Positions 17,879 through 27,828 of a DNA stretch of 64,000 nucleotides are shown here, in pieces. Numbering within the stretch: position 1 is the first letter of the stretch; each line of letters opens with the position of its first letter. The position numbers and the translations under genes were made by a program. Source of the DNA: an uncultured delta proteobacterium (GTDB lineage Bacteria; Desulfobacterota; WTBG01; CAIYCZ01); the NCBI GenBank assembly GCA_963803975.1, contig CAWDOY010000047.1, positions 112,096-176,095 of the forward strand. The letters run 5' to 3'. A model generated the notes under the pieces. The model searched no databases, was not told where the DNA came from, and saw nothing but the letters and a program-made list of their open reading frames with translations.

Positions 17879-18646
17879 CTATTCCTCCTTGCCCAGATAC
17901 ACGTCAATTACTTCCTGGTTGGTCTGGATTTCCACCGGCTTTCCTTCTGCAATGCGTTTTCCGTAATTGAGCACGATGATTTCATCTGAAATATCCATGA
18001 CCAGCTCCATATCATGCTCCACGATGACCACTGTTATGCCCATCTCTTTTATGGTGCGGATAAGTGTGCCCAGCTGCCGTGTCTCCTGGGTATTGAGCCC
18101 TGCTGCCGGCTCATCAAGCAGCAGAATCTCCGGCTCGGTCGCCAGCGCCCGGGCTATCTCCAGCAGCCGCTGGCTGCCGATGGGAATGCTGGCGGCAGGC
18201 TTGTCTGCAATGTCCTGAAGGCCGACCATTTCCAGATAGAAGCAAGCCCGCTCGCCGGTGACCGGCTCCTCCCGGCGCATCCGCGGCAGCCGCAGCGCCG
18301 AGCTGATAATGCCTGCCTGCGTCCGGACATGGCGGCCGACCATCACATTCTCAAGCACGGTCATGTTGCCGAAAATCTGGGCGGTCTGAAATGTCCGGGC
18401 AAGCCCGCAACGCGTTATCTCATGCGGCTTCAGCCCGGAAATAGTTTTCTGGTTGAGAAAAATAGTTCCCCGGTCAGGCGCGTGCATGCCGCTCACCACA
18501 TTCAAAAGCGTGGTTTTCCCCGCCCCGTTGGGGCCGATAATCGCTGTTATGGTATTGCGCGCAATGAGAAAGGTGAGGTTGTCCAGCGCCACGACCCCGC
18601 CAAACCCCTTGCGTATATTTAATGACTCTAAGATAATGTCGCTCAC
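17879..18646 (-). CDS. livG: Branched-chain amino acid ABC transporter ATP-binding protein LivG
   Basis: GPNGAGKTT, LPIGSQRLLEIARAL, LLLDEPAAGL. Typical LivG C-terminal extension. Confidence 0.85.
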   Translation of the reverse strand: MSDIILESLNIRKGFGGVVALDNLTFLIARNTITAIIGPNGAGKTTLLNVVSGMHAPDRGTIFLNQKTISGLKPHEITRCGLARTFQTAQIFGNMTVLENVMVGRHVRTQAGIISSALRLPRMRREEPVTGERACFYLEMVGLQDIADKPAASIPIGSQRLLEIARALATEPEILLLDEPAAGLNTQETRQLGTLIRTIKEMGITVVIVEHDMELVMDISDEIIVLNYGKRIAEGKPVEIQTNQEVIDVYLGKEE

Positions 18647-18652
18647 GGTTCC

Positions 18653-19627
18653 TTAAGCCTTGCTTCGTCCGCGCCGTATAGTGCTGTATGCCATGGCAAA
18701 CCCCTGGCTGAGCCCTCCCGGCAAAAACATGATAATAAACAGGAGAATGAATCCATAGACAATTACATCGTAATCCTCAAACACGCGCAGATATTCCGGC
18801 AGTATGGTGAGCAGCGCTGCTCCCAGGATGCAGCCCCAGATATTGGCCATGCCTCCCACCACCACCATCATAACCAGCAGGATGGAAAACATGATATTGC
18901 ACGTGGTCGGGCTGATAAAGGTTACGAAATGCACATACAGGCTTCCTGAAACCGAGGCAACCAGCGCGCTCAGGATAAACACCTGAACCTTTAACTGCGC
19001 AGCGTTGACGCCCATGGCAGTGGCGGCAAGCTCACTGCCGTGAATAGACCGTAATGCCCTGCCGACGCGTGAGTTAATCAGATTGTTAATCAGTATAAAA
19101 ATGATGATAAAAACAATCCACACAAAATAATAATATTTCATGTCTGAATCAAGGACAAGCGAGCCGATCTGAATCCGGGGAATCTCGCCGAACCCTGACG
19201 GCCCGCCGGTCAGGTCCACCGCCGCATTGAGGAAAATATTGACAATCTCGCCGAACGCGAGCGTCGCCATGGCCAGATAGTGCCCCTTTAACCGCAATGA
19301 CGGGACGCCGATCAGGTACGCCACCAGTGCGGTCAGGACGAGCGCCGCGATAAAAGCAACAATGATGGGAACGTGGTAGTAAACCGTGAGTATGCCGGAG
19401 GTGTACGCGCCGATGCCGAAAAACGCCGCGTGCCCGAGAGATATCTGGCCGGTGTAGCCCATGAGCAGGTTAAGCCCCATGGTGGTAATGCTGTATATCC
19501 CGATAAAGACCAGAATGCTCAGATAGTAGGGGTTCTTAATAAAAAGGGGCAGCAGAAAAATGACCACTGCAAAAATCAAAGTTGCGCTGTGTCTGTTGAG
19601 CTTCATAATATCAAAAACAGGGTTCAA
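18653..19627 (-). CDS. livM: Branched-chain amino acid ABC transporter permease LivM
   Basis: Multi-TM permease with a GHAAFFGIGAY-type motif. Probable true start at the internal ATG (MKLNRHSATLIF), ~19604. Confidence 0.8.
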   Translation of the reverse strand: MNPVFDIMKLNRHSATLIFAVVIFLLPLFIKNPYYLSILVFIGIYSITTMGLNLLMGYTGQISLGHAAFFGIGAYTSGILTVYYHVPIIVAFIAALVLTALVAYLIGVPSLRLKGHYLAMATLAFGEIVNIFLNAAVDLTGGPSGFGEIPRIQIGSLVLDSDMKYYYFVWIVFIIIFILINNLINSRVGRALRSIHGSELAATAMGVNAAQLKVQVFILSALVASVSGSLYVHFVTFISPTTCNIMFSILLVMMVVVGGMANIWGCILGAALLTILPEYLRVFEDYDVIVYGFILLFIIMFLPGGLSQGFAMAYSTIRRGRSKA

Positions 19628-19708
19628 GGGCTCAAGTGATCAAGGATTCAAGTGCAATGCGTTTACAAAAATCGCTTGAACCCTCGAACCCTGGAATCCT
19701 TGAACCCT
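19618..19708. repeat. Intergenic imperfect long hairpin built from degenerate TCAAGG/GTTCAAG repeats
   Basis: ggttcaagggctcaagtgatcaaggattcaagtgc ... gcttgaaccctcgaaccctggaatccttgaaccctc, between livH and livM. Confidence 0.45.
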
Positions 19709-19712
19709 CTTG

Positions 19713-20612
19713 TTAAAATTCTTTCAGCTTGCTTGCCTCGCTCACGCCGAAAATGCCGCTCGGCTTTACAAACAGAACCAGCAGCAGCACTAAAAGCGCT
19801 ATGGCGTCTTTGTAGCCAGAGGAAATGAGCCCTGCCCCCAGTGATTCAAGAATTCCAATGAGCAGCCCCGCGACTACCGCCCCGACGCCGTTTCCCAGTC
19901 CCCCGAGCACGGCTGCCGCAAATCCTTTCAATGCCAGGATGGCTCCCCGGTCATATTCCATAAGGGCAACCGGCGTTATGATAATCCCGGCAGTGGCTCC
20001 CAGCGCCGCGCTCAGGGCAAAGGATAAGAGCACCATTTTTTTAACACTGATGCCCACCAGGCTTGCCGCGGTGGGGTTTACGGCGCAGGCGCGCATCGCT
20101 TTCCCCAGCATGGTAAAGTTGAAAAATCCCGCCAGAATGATGACCACCACAAACATGATCCCCAGAATCCAGAGGGTTTGCGGCAGGATGGTTGCGCCGA
20201 ACAGATAAAACGGCTCTTCCCCTGAAAAGTGCGGCAGGGTATAGGTTTCCTTTCCCCAGAACAGCATGGCCGAGCCTTTCATAATGATTGAGCCGGCAAG
20301 CGTTATCATGATCAGGATCAGCACCGACGGCCGCTTGAGCGGATAGATGGCAAGACGCTCAAACAGTGCGCCGATGAGTGTTACCATGATGACAGAAAGC
20401 GCAAACGCCGCGATCATGGGAATTTTCAGCACCGTGGTAAACCAGACCATGAACATGCCGCCAAGCATGACAAATTCACCCTGGGCAAAATTTATAATGC
20501 CGGTGGCATTGTAAATAATATTAAACCCCAGCGCTACCATTCCGTAGATGGTGCCTATGGTTATACCGGTCAATAGAAACTGCAGTATCTGACTGAAAAG
20601 CGACATGCACAA
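19713..20612 (-). CDS. livH: Branched-chain amino acid ABC transporter permease LivH
   Basis: ~300-aa multi-TM permease of the LivH type (GxxGxxG-rich C-terminus). Confidence 0.8.
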   Translation of the reverse strand: MCMSLFSQILQFLLTGITIGTIYGMVALGFNIIYNATGIINFAQGEFVMLGGMFMVWFTTVLKIPMIAAFALSVIMVTLIGALFERLAIYPLKRPSVLILIMITLAGSIIMKGSAMLFWGKETYTLPHFSGEEPFYLFGATILPQTLWILGIMFVVVIILAGFFNFTMLGKAMRACAVNPTAASLVGISVKKMVLLSFALSAALGATAGIIITPVALMEYDRGAILALKGFAAAVLGGLGNGVGAVVAGLLIGILESLGAGLISSGYKDAIALLVLLLVLFVKPSGIFGVSEASKLKEF

Positions 20613-20741
20613 CTACTCCACCCTGAGAAACAGATACCAGTCACCGGGGCTCCCCGCGTCCCTGCGGACAGGTGCCCCGCCAGTCGGAAGACGTCTAAAA
20701 ATCTGCACGATAGTAACTCATTATGACGTCTGTGTAAATTA

Positions 20742-20786
20742 CAAAAAAAGAGGCTAAACCCTAAATATAAAACCGGTGTAGCCTCT
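20742..20786 (-). terminator. Hairpin plus T-run between livK and livH (partial terminator or attenuator)
   Basis: Minus strand AGAGGCTA-n22-TAGCCTCT followed by TTTTTTT. Confidence 0.5.
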
Positions 20787-20857
20787 CATATGCTGCAGTC
20801 TAATGTTCACGGTTCAGGTATCGTGAAGCTTTAAACCTTAAACGTGAAACCTGCACA

Positions 20858-21999
20858 TTACTGTGCCGGCAAAAACTTTCCGCCCTTTATGGTGATCATT
20901 TCAAACGCATCTTTGGTGAGACCGGTATGATCTTCGGGTGAGTAAGTTGAAAACACCGCCGGTGCCGACAAAGTTTTTAGTGTTTTCAATATAGTCCCGG
21001 ATCTTTGCCCGGTCCGGCCCGACTGCGCGCAGGGCGGCGATCACCAGGGTAAGCGCATCATAGGCATGCCCGCCAAAGGTGCTCACATCGTTTTAAACTT
21101 TTCCTCATAGTCCTTCTTGTATTTCTCCAGCAAAGCGCTCTCTGCGGGTGGTCAGCCGGCAGCGAGTCCACCACCAGCAGCCTCCCGGCCGGGAACAGCA
21201 CCCCGTCTGCTGCATCGCCGGCAGCTCGCGCATATTTGATATTGCCAAACCCGTGGCTCTGAAACAGCGGTATGGTCATCCCGAGCTGTTTCCTGTTTTT
21301 GATAATGGTTGCCTGACCGGGCACAATGGACCAGTTGACAATTGCCTGAGCATCGGTGCCCTTGATCTTGGTCAGCTGGGCCGTCATATCGGTATCTTTC
21401 GGCCCATAGGTTTCATCCGCGACAATGGTAATGCCGTACTTTGGAGCAAGCAGGGTGAGCTGCTTTCTTCCTTCCATGCCGAACCCCTCGGTGGCGGTAA
21501 TGATAGCAACCTTGGAGATATTCATTTCTTTCATCTTCTCATAAATCCTGATTGCTGCATCGCTGTCTTTCTGCGGGGTTTTGAAGACCCACTTTCGCAC
21601 CGGGTTAACGATCGCCTCCGCAGCCGCGCATGATACGAGCGGCACCTGCGCCTTTTCTACGATGGGTATGACCGCCATGGTTGTCCCGCTCCTGGTGGGG
21701 CCGACAATGGCCAGCACGTTGTCTCTGTTGATGAGCTTCTGGACCGCCATGACAGCCTTTGCTTCTTCTCCCACCGTGTCTTCAATGATGATCTCCAGCG
21801 GGTGCCCGTTGATGCCGCCCTGGGCATTGACCTGCTCCTGGATCATCTTAACGGTGTTGCGCTCAGGTTCCCCAAGCCATGCCGCAGGACCGGTTATGGC
21901 GAATACCGCCCCGACCTTGTACGGCTCCGCTGCCATAACAGAACCGGCAGCGCCGAGTATCCATACCCCTAAGACAATAACCCCAAAAACTTTTTTCAT
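20858..21999 (-). CDS. livK: Branched-chain/aromatic amino acid ABC transporter substrate-binding protein (LivK-like), copy 1. Two frameshifts near the 3' end.
   Basis: Signal peptide MKKVFGVIVLGVWILGAAGSVMA. ~75% identical to copy 2. The C-terminal 60 aa (STFGGHAYDA...TGGVFN / YSPEDHTGLTKDAFEMITIKGGKFLPAQ) lie in two other frames. Confidence 0.7.
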
Positions 22000-22111
22000 T
22001 GTACCCTCCTCCTCGCGTGTTGTTGTTTAAGTATCCCCTCATGTATGTAAAACCGGCCGTCAGTCTTCAGCACAAACCCTGCTTCAAAGCCGGCTGCTAA
22101 GCACTGCAGGC

Positions 22112-23251
22112 TTATTTAACCAGCGCAAATGCGCCGCCTTTTACCGTGTACATCTCCAGCGCATCCTTATCAAGTCCCACATGATTGTCGGCAGAATAAT
22201 TAAAAACGCCGCCGGTGCCGACAAAATTTTTCGTGTTTTCGATATAGTCTCTGATCTTTGCCCGGTCCGGCCCCACAGCGCGAAGCGCTGCAATAACCAG
22301 GTGTATTGCATCATAGGCATGGCCGCCAAAGGTGCTCACGTCCGACTTAAAGCGGCTTTCATAATCTTTCTTGTATGTGGCAAGAAGCGCCTTCTGCGGA
22401 TGGTCTGCCGGCAGCGCTTCAACCATGAGCAGCCTCAGGGCCGGGAACATGAGCCCGTCTGCTGAATCGCCTGCGGCCCGGGCATATTTTATGTTGCCGA
22501 ATCCCGGGCTCTGGAACAGCGGTATGCTCATCCCGAGCTGCCGCCGGTTTTTAATCACCGTGGTCTGGCCGGGAACAATTGACCAGTTCACCAGCGCCTG
22601 AGCATCGGTGCCCTTGATTTTGGTGAGCTGTGCCGTCATGTCGGTATCCTTGGGCCCGTAGGTCTCATCTGCCGCAATCGTAATGCCGTACTCCGGAGCA
22701 AATCGCTTGAGCTGCTTGCGGCCTTCCATGCCATAGCCGTCAGTGCTGGAAATAACCGCCACGCTGGTGATGTTCATCTCTTTCAGCTTATCGTAGATCT
22801 TGAGCACGCCGTGGCTGTCATTCTGGGCGGTCTTGAATACCCATTTCCTGACCGGCCGTACTATTTCCTCTGCTGAAGCACACGAAATCAGCGGCACCTG
22901 CGCTTTCTCCACAATCGGGATGACCGCCATGGTGGTGCCGCTGCGTGTCGGCCCGACAATGGCGAGCACGTTGTCCTTATTAATGAGCTTATTTACCGCA
23001 AGTACGGTCCGGGTTTCCTCGCCCACCGTATCTTCCACAATGATCTGCAAGGGGTGACCGTTAATGCCGCCCCGGGCATTGATCTCTTCTTCAACCATTC
23101 TAACCGTATTGCGCTCGGGCTCCCCGAGCCATGAAGCCGGCCCGGTTATGGCGAATACGGCGCCGACGACGTAGGGCTCTGCTGCAAAAGAAACTGGTGA
23201 TAGAGCGGTGAGCACCGCCAGTGCTGCAAACAATAAAAATAGCTTTTTCAT
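22112..23251 (-). CDS. livK: Branched-chain/aromatic amino acid ABC transporter substrate-binding protein (LivK-like), copy 2
   Basis: Starts at the internal Met MKKLFLLFAALAVLTALSPVSFA. Periplasmic binding protein type I fold signature. Confidence 0.85.
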   Translation of the reverse strand: MKKLFLLFAALAVLTALSPVSFAAEPYVVGAVFAITGPASWLGEPERNTVRMVEEEINARGGINGHPLQIIVEDTVGEETRTVLAVNKLINKDNVLAIVGPTRSGTTMAVIPIVEKAQVPLISCASAEEIVRPVRKWVFKTAQNDSHGVLKIYDKLKEMNITSVAVISSTDGYGMEGRKQLKRFAPEYGITIAADETYGPKDTDMTAQLTKIKGTDAQALVNWSIVPGQTTVIKNRRQLGMSIPLFQSPGFGNIKYARAAGDSADGLMFPALRLLMVEALPADHPQKALLATYKKDYESRFKSDVSTFGGHAYDAIHLVIAALRAVGPDRAKIRDYIENTKNFVGTGGVFNYSADNHVGLDKDALEMYTVKGGAFALVK

Positions 23252-23371
23252 AGTACCCCCTGTTCTTGAATGAGTCGTGATTGCAGCGGCCCCACAAAAC
23301 CCCCGGCCCCTGGGGATACACCATAAACAACGGGTCACGGGCCACGGGTCACGAGGCACGTCGTTCACTCC

Positions 23372-23803
23372 CTACAGGCAGTATACTTTTTTTCCCTCCA
23401 GCACGGTAATACCTTTGCTGGTGAGCGTTTTAATGGCTTTATCGATTTCGTCAAAGCGGAAAATGATGACCGCATTGTCAGAGCTGCGCTCGACAAATGC
23501 ATACATATATTCCACGTTGGTGCCTTCCTTCTGCAGAAGGTCAAGGATGTGCGCCAGTCCGCCCGGCCGGTCATTCACCTCTACTGCCACAACCTGGGTC
23601 ATGCTGACGGTAAACTGGTTGGACTTGAGCACGCCAATTGCCTTAGCGCTGTCATTTACAATCAGGCGCAGGATGCCAAAGTCTGACGTATCGGCAAGGG
23701 AGAGCGCCCTGATATTTATTCCTGCTGCGCCCAGAACCCTGGTGACTTCAGCAAGACGGCCTGATTTGTTCTCTAAGAAGATGGATATTTGATCTACTTT
23801 CAT
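23372..23803 (-). CDS. ACT-domain protein (PaaK-associated)
   Basis: [35 protein letters not shown]... Two ACT halves. Immediately downstream of paaK. Confidence 0.8.
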   Translation of the reverse strand: MKVDQISIFLENKSGRLAEVTRVLGAAGINIRALSLADTSDFGILRLIVNDSAKAIGVLKSNQFTVSMTQVVAVEVNDRPGGLAHILDLLQKEGTNVEYMYAFVERSSDNAVIIFRFDEIDKAIKTLTSKGITVLEGKKVYCL

Positions 23804-23820
23804 AAGTAATTCCTCCCGTT

Positions 23821-23899
23821 ATGGAGTTACGGAGTGCAGGAGTTGCGGAGTTAAAAATATAAACTCCAAAACTCTCCAACTCCACAACTCATCAACTCG
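23821..23899. repeat. Intergenic imperfect long hairpin built from degenerate GGAGTT repeats
   Basis: ggagttacggagtgcaggagttgcggagtt-aaaaatataa-actccaaaactctccaactccacaactcatcaactc. Confidence 0.5.
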
Positions 23900-25203
23900 T
23901 TATATTTTCCTCTTGTCAATCACCCGTTTGGCTTTGCCCTCGCTGCGCTGGATGGTCTTCGGCTCTACCAGCTTACACTTACAGGTAACGCCAAACATCT
24001 CTTTTATATCCTTTTCAATCCGCTTTTCCAGCCGCTCCAGCTGCTTGATCTCATCTGAGAATACTTTTTCATTCACTTCCACCTGCACCTCGAGCGTATC
24101 AAGATTGCCTTCCCGGTCCACGATGAGCAGGTAGTGCGGCTCCACCCCTTCAATCTGCATGAGAACGCTCTCAATCTGCGAAGGAAATACATTAACGCCC
24201 CTGATGATCAGCATGTCATCGGTTCTGCCGGTGATCCGCTGCATGCGCACAAAAGTTCTGCCGCATTTACATATTTCCGGGTAGAGAACTGATATGTCCC
24301 GGGTGCGGTAGCGTATCACCGGGAAGGCCTCTTTGGTGATCGAGGTAAATACCAGTTCGCCCTTCTCGCCGTAGGGCAGCGCCTTACCGGTAGCAGGATC
24401 TATAATTTCAGGAATGAAGTGGTCTTCAAAAACGTGCAGCCCCTTCTTGGCTTCCAAACATTCGCTGGAGACGCCCGGGCCGATCACTTCGGTCAGCCCG
24501 AAAATATCGATGGCGTCAATGTTAAATTTCTTTTCTATCTGCTCGCGCATGTTCTCTGACCAGGGCTCTGCGCCAAAACAGCCCACCCGCAGCTTGAAAT
24601 CCTTTGCCGGGTTTAATCCCATTTCTTCCGCCACCTCACCAAGATGCAGTGCATAGGAGGGGGTGCAGGTGATAGCGGTCGGCCCGAAATCCTGCATGAT
24701 GATAATCTGCCGCTTGGTATTGCCCCCGGATATCGGTATAACCGACGCGCCCACCTTTTCCGCACCGTAGTGCAGCCCGAGCCCGCCGGTGAACAGGCCG
24801 TAGCCGTAGGCATTATGCACGATGTCGCCCCGGTGCACACCGGCACAGAACAGGGTCCGCGCTATGAGCTCAGCCCAGGTATCAATATCGCGCTTGGTAT
24901 AGCCGACCACGATCGGTTTTCCCGTGGTTCCCGAAGAAGCGTGAACCCGCACCACCTGTTCCATGGGAACGCTGAACAGGCCAAAGGGATAATTGTCCCG
25001 CAGGTCATTCTTGATGGTGAAGGGCAGAAGCTGCAGATCCTTCAGGTTTTTACGTGTGACGGCTTGACGCCCAGCTCATCAAACTTCTTCTTGTAAAAAG
25101 GTACTGTCTCGTACACCCGCTCAACGGTTGCTTTAAGCCGTTTGAGCTGCAAAGCCTCAAGTGCTTCGCGCGGCAGGGTTTCAAATTCTTCATTCCAGAT
25201 CAT
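23900..25203 (-). CDS. paaK: Phenylacetate-CoA ligase (PaaK). Frameshift in an A-run near codon 53.
   Basis: [41 protein letters not shown]. The N-terminal 53 aa ([51 protein letters not shown]) are in a different frame. The shift is in gtaaaaacctg. GGGAGG RBS. Confidence 0.8.
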
Positions 25204-25299
25204 AATAGACCTCCCGTTAAAAGTTTAAAGTCTAAACCCGACGTTACTAAACGCTAAATAAAAACTTTAGAATTGAAACATATTACGAATTTCAGGATT
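25204..25299. repeat. Intergenic degenerate TAAAC/GTTTA repeat tract between iorB and paaK
   Basis: gtttaaagtctaaacccgacgttactaaacgctaaataaaaactttagaattgaaac. Confidence 0.3.
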
Positions 25300-25887
25300 T
25301 CACCTTGTGTTTCTGCCCAGCATAAATGCCTTGATATTAACATCAACCAGTTTCGGTGGAAGCATTGAGGAAATGACTTCCTTCCACAGGTTCTCATCCA
25401 CACCAAAATGTTTGGACAGCGCCCCCAGAAAAGCCACATTCAACGCCCGGGCGTTTCCCGCCTGTTTGGCAATATCCAGGGCATCAACAATCTCAACCCG
25501 TGAGAAGCGCTCGCGCAGCAGCTCCGGCAACTGCTCCGGATAGGTATCGACACCCAGGGTAACGGAGGGCGGCAGCACCTTCTGCTTGTTGACAATGAGC
25601 AGCGCATCGCTGCGCAGAAAATCAAGGTAGCGCACGGACTCGAGCAGCTCGAAGGAGAAGAGCACGTCTGCATCACCTTTTTTAATAAGGGGCGAATAGA
25701 CTTTCGGCCCGAACCGGACATGGCTGCTGACGCTTCCCCCGCGCTGCGCCATGCCGTGCACTTCGCTCTTCTTGACATCATGTCCCGCGCGCATCATCAC
25801 TTCCGATATGATTTCGCTGGCAAGGATAACACCCTGTCCCCCCACGCCCACCATGAGAATATTCTGTACCCGGTCAGTTGTTTCCAT
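25300..25887 (-). CDS. iorB: Indolepyruvate:ferredoxin oxidoreductase beta subunit
   Basis: MVGVGGQGVILAS pyruvate/ketoisovalerate oxidoreductase gamma-type fold, ~195 aa. Start overlaps the iorA stop. Confidence 0.85.
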   Translation of the reverse strand: METTDRVQNILMVGVGGQGVILASEIISEVMMRAGHDVKKSEVHGMAQRGGSVSSHVRFGPKVYSPLIKKGDADVLFSFELLESVRYLDFLRSDALLIVNKQKVLPPSVTLGVDTYPEQLPELLRERFSRVEIVDALDIAKQAGNARALNVAFLGALSKHFGVDENLWKEVISSMLPPKLVDVNIKAFMLGRNTR

Positions 25888-27672
25888 CTTTTTTCCTTAT
25901 CGCACCTTTCCTGCAAAGCTGTGAACAGAGTTCGCATCCGATACACAGACTCGGGTTGACGAATGCCTCACCCTTCTTTTTCTTCAGTTCTGCCTGGTCC
26001 TGCGGCAACAGCGTGACCCATTCAAGAGCCGGACAGCCGAGCTGCAGGCAGGCTTTGCAGCCGATGCATTCACTGCTCTCCACATATAACAGGGGCCGCT
26101 GCGCCCCCTTTTCGACCCGCCGGTACAGCACACAGGGAGAGTCGGTAATGATGACCGAGGGCTCAGGCCGGTTGAGCTCCTTTTTGAGGACTGTATTAAG
26201 TTTTTTCAGGTCAAAGGGATCAACCTTTTTGACGTTCTTTATGCCCAGCGCTTTAACAAGTTTTACATAATCAACTTTGGTTGTTTTTTCTTCCCTGATG
26301 GTCATGCCGGTACCGGGGTGGTCCTGCCTGCCGGTCATGGCCGTGGTCCAGTTATCAAGTATTATAATCGTGCAGGCGCCGCGGTTATACGCCACATCAA
26401 GCAGCCCGGTAATACCGGAGTGGAGAAACGTTGAATCCCCGATCACTGCCACCACGCGGCCAAGCGCCGCGCTCCCCAGCGCCTTGTCCAGGCCCATGGC
26501 GTGCCCTATGCTCGCCCCCATGCAGATACAGGTATCAACTGCTTTGAGCGGCGGCAGGCAGGCAAGCGTGTAGCAGCCGATATCACCGGCGACAAACACT
26601 TTCAGTTTATTCAGAGCATAAAACAGCCCCCGGTGCGGGCAGCCCGGACACATGGTGGGCGGCCGCGGCGGAAGATAGGGCAGCGCAGCTCCTTTTTTTT
26701 CTGCCCCGGCGGCCCCGCCGATGCCCTGCTCCGCAGTGCCCGGATCAAATTCCCCGCAGGAGGGAAATACCTCTTTGCCGATTATCTCGATGCCGAGCGC
26801 CTTCACCTGCTCTTCAAAAAACGGGTCAAGCTCCTCAAAGGCGTAGAGCTTTTTCACCTGGCGGGCAAATTCTTTAATCTTCTTTTTGGGAAGGGGATAC
26901 ACCATGCCCAGCTTCAGAAATGAATAGCCGGGGAAGGCCTCCCGTGCGTACTGGTAACAGGTGCCGCTGGCGATAATGCCCACGGACGGGTCCTGCAGTT
27001 CCACGCGGTTTTCCGGCAAAATCTTCAGCAAAGGCTTCCAGATCCTTTATGCGCTGCTCCACCAGGGGGTGGCGCTGCCGCGCGTGGGCAGGGACCATAA
27101 CATATTTGCTCGGCTGTTTTTCCAGGGCGGGCGCGGCAGGGCGCTGCTGCGGCTCAGAGAGCTCTACAATCGATTTGGAATGGGAAACGCGCGTGGTGGT
27201 GCGCACGAATACCGGCGTGTCAAAGCGCTCGCTCAGCTCGAAGGCCAGTTTTAATATAGTCCTTGGCCTCCTGGCTGTCAGCGGGCTCCAGCATGGGGAC
27301 TTTTGCAAACTTTGCGTAATTCCGGTTGTCCTGCTCATTCTGTGAGCTGTGCATCTCCGGGTCATCCGCGGTCACAATGACCAGCCCGCCCTTGATGCCG
27401 GTGTAGGAGACCGTAAACAGCGGGTCTGCCGCTACATTCACCCCCACATGCTTCATGGCGGCAAGGGCCCTGCGGCCGCCGATGGCTGCGCCGGTGGCTA
27501 CCTCCAGCGCGACCTTTTCATTGGGCGACCACTCGGCATAAACGCCTTCGTAGGTGGCCATGTTTTCCAGTATCTCGGTGCTCGGCGTTCCCGGATAGGC
27601 GGTTGCCACTGCCACGCCAGCCTCATACGCACCCCGCGCAATTGCTTCATTTCCCGTGAGAATAACTTTCAT
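25874..27672 (-). CDS. iorA: Indolepyruvate:ferredoxin oxidoreductase alpha subunit. Two frameshifts.
   Basis: N-terminal pyrimidine-binding module (MKVILTGNEAIARGAYEAGV...). TPP-binding GDSTFLHSG...NRGACTIIILDN. Two C-terminal 4Fe-4S motifs CIGCKAC..C and CIGCELCSQLC. The parts lie in three frames (27220-27672, 26874-27365, 25874-27031). Confidence 0.8.
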
Positions 27673-27771
27673 GGCTTTGCTGTCACCTTTCCCGTAGTAT
27701 GGATATTGCGGCTGTGCTGTGCAGCCGAGATTGACAGTCTAATTTTTTTGAACGATTTTTGCAACAGGAAT

Positions 27772-27805
27772 TAAAAAAAGGGTGAGTGTTTTATCACTCA
27801 CCCTT
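27772..27805 (-). terminator. Rho-independent terminator after the porin gene
   Basis: Minus strand AAGGGTGAGTG-ataaaa-CACTCACCCTT followed by TTTTTTT. Confidence 0.7.
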
Positions 27806-27828
27806 CAGATACTGCAGCAGAGCTATGG

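Noticed and set aside
18014-18622. 202-aa plus-strand ORF
   Set aside because: Antisense to livG, which has Walker A/B and the ABC signature. Shadow ORF.
19825-22030. Plus-strand ORFs of 127, 161 and 149 aa
   Set aside because: All are antisense to livH/livK, with Pro/Ala/Ser-rich low-complexity translations and no RBS.
27673-27770. Plus-strand TTGACA at ~27712 considered as a promoter
   Set aside because: No plus-strand gene follows. On the gene-bearing minus strand only a weak TTGCAA-17-TAGACT candidate exists, too weak to list as a feature.
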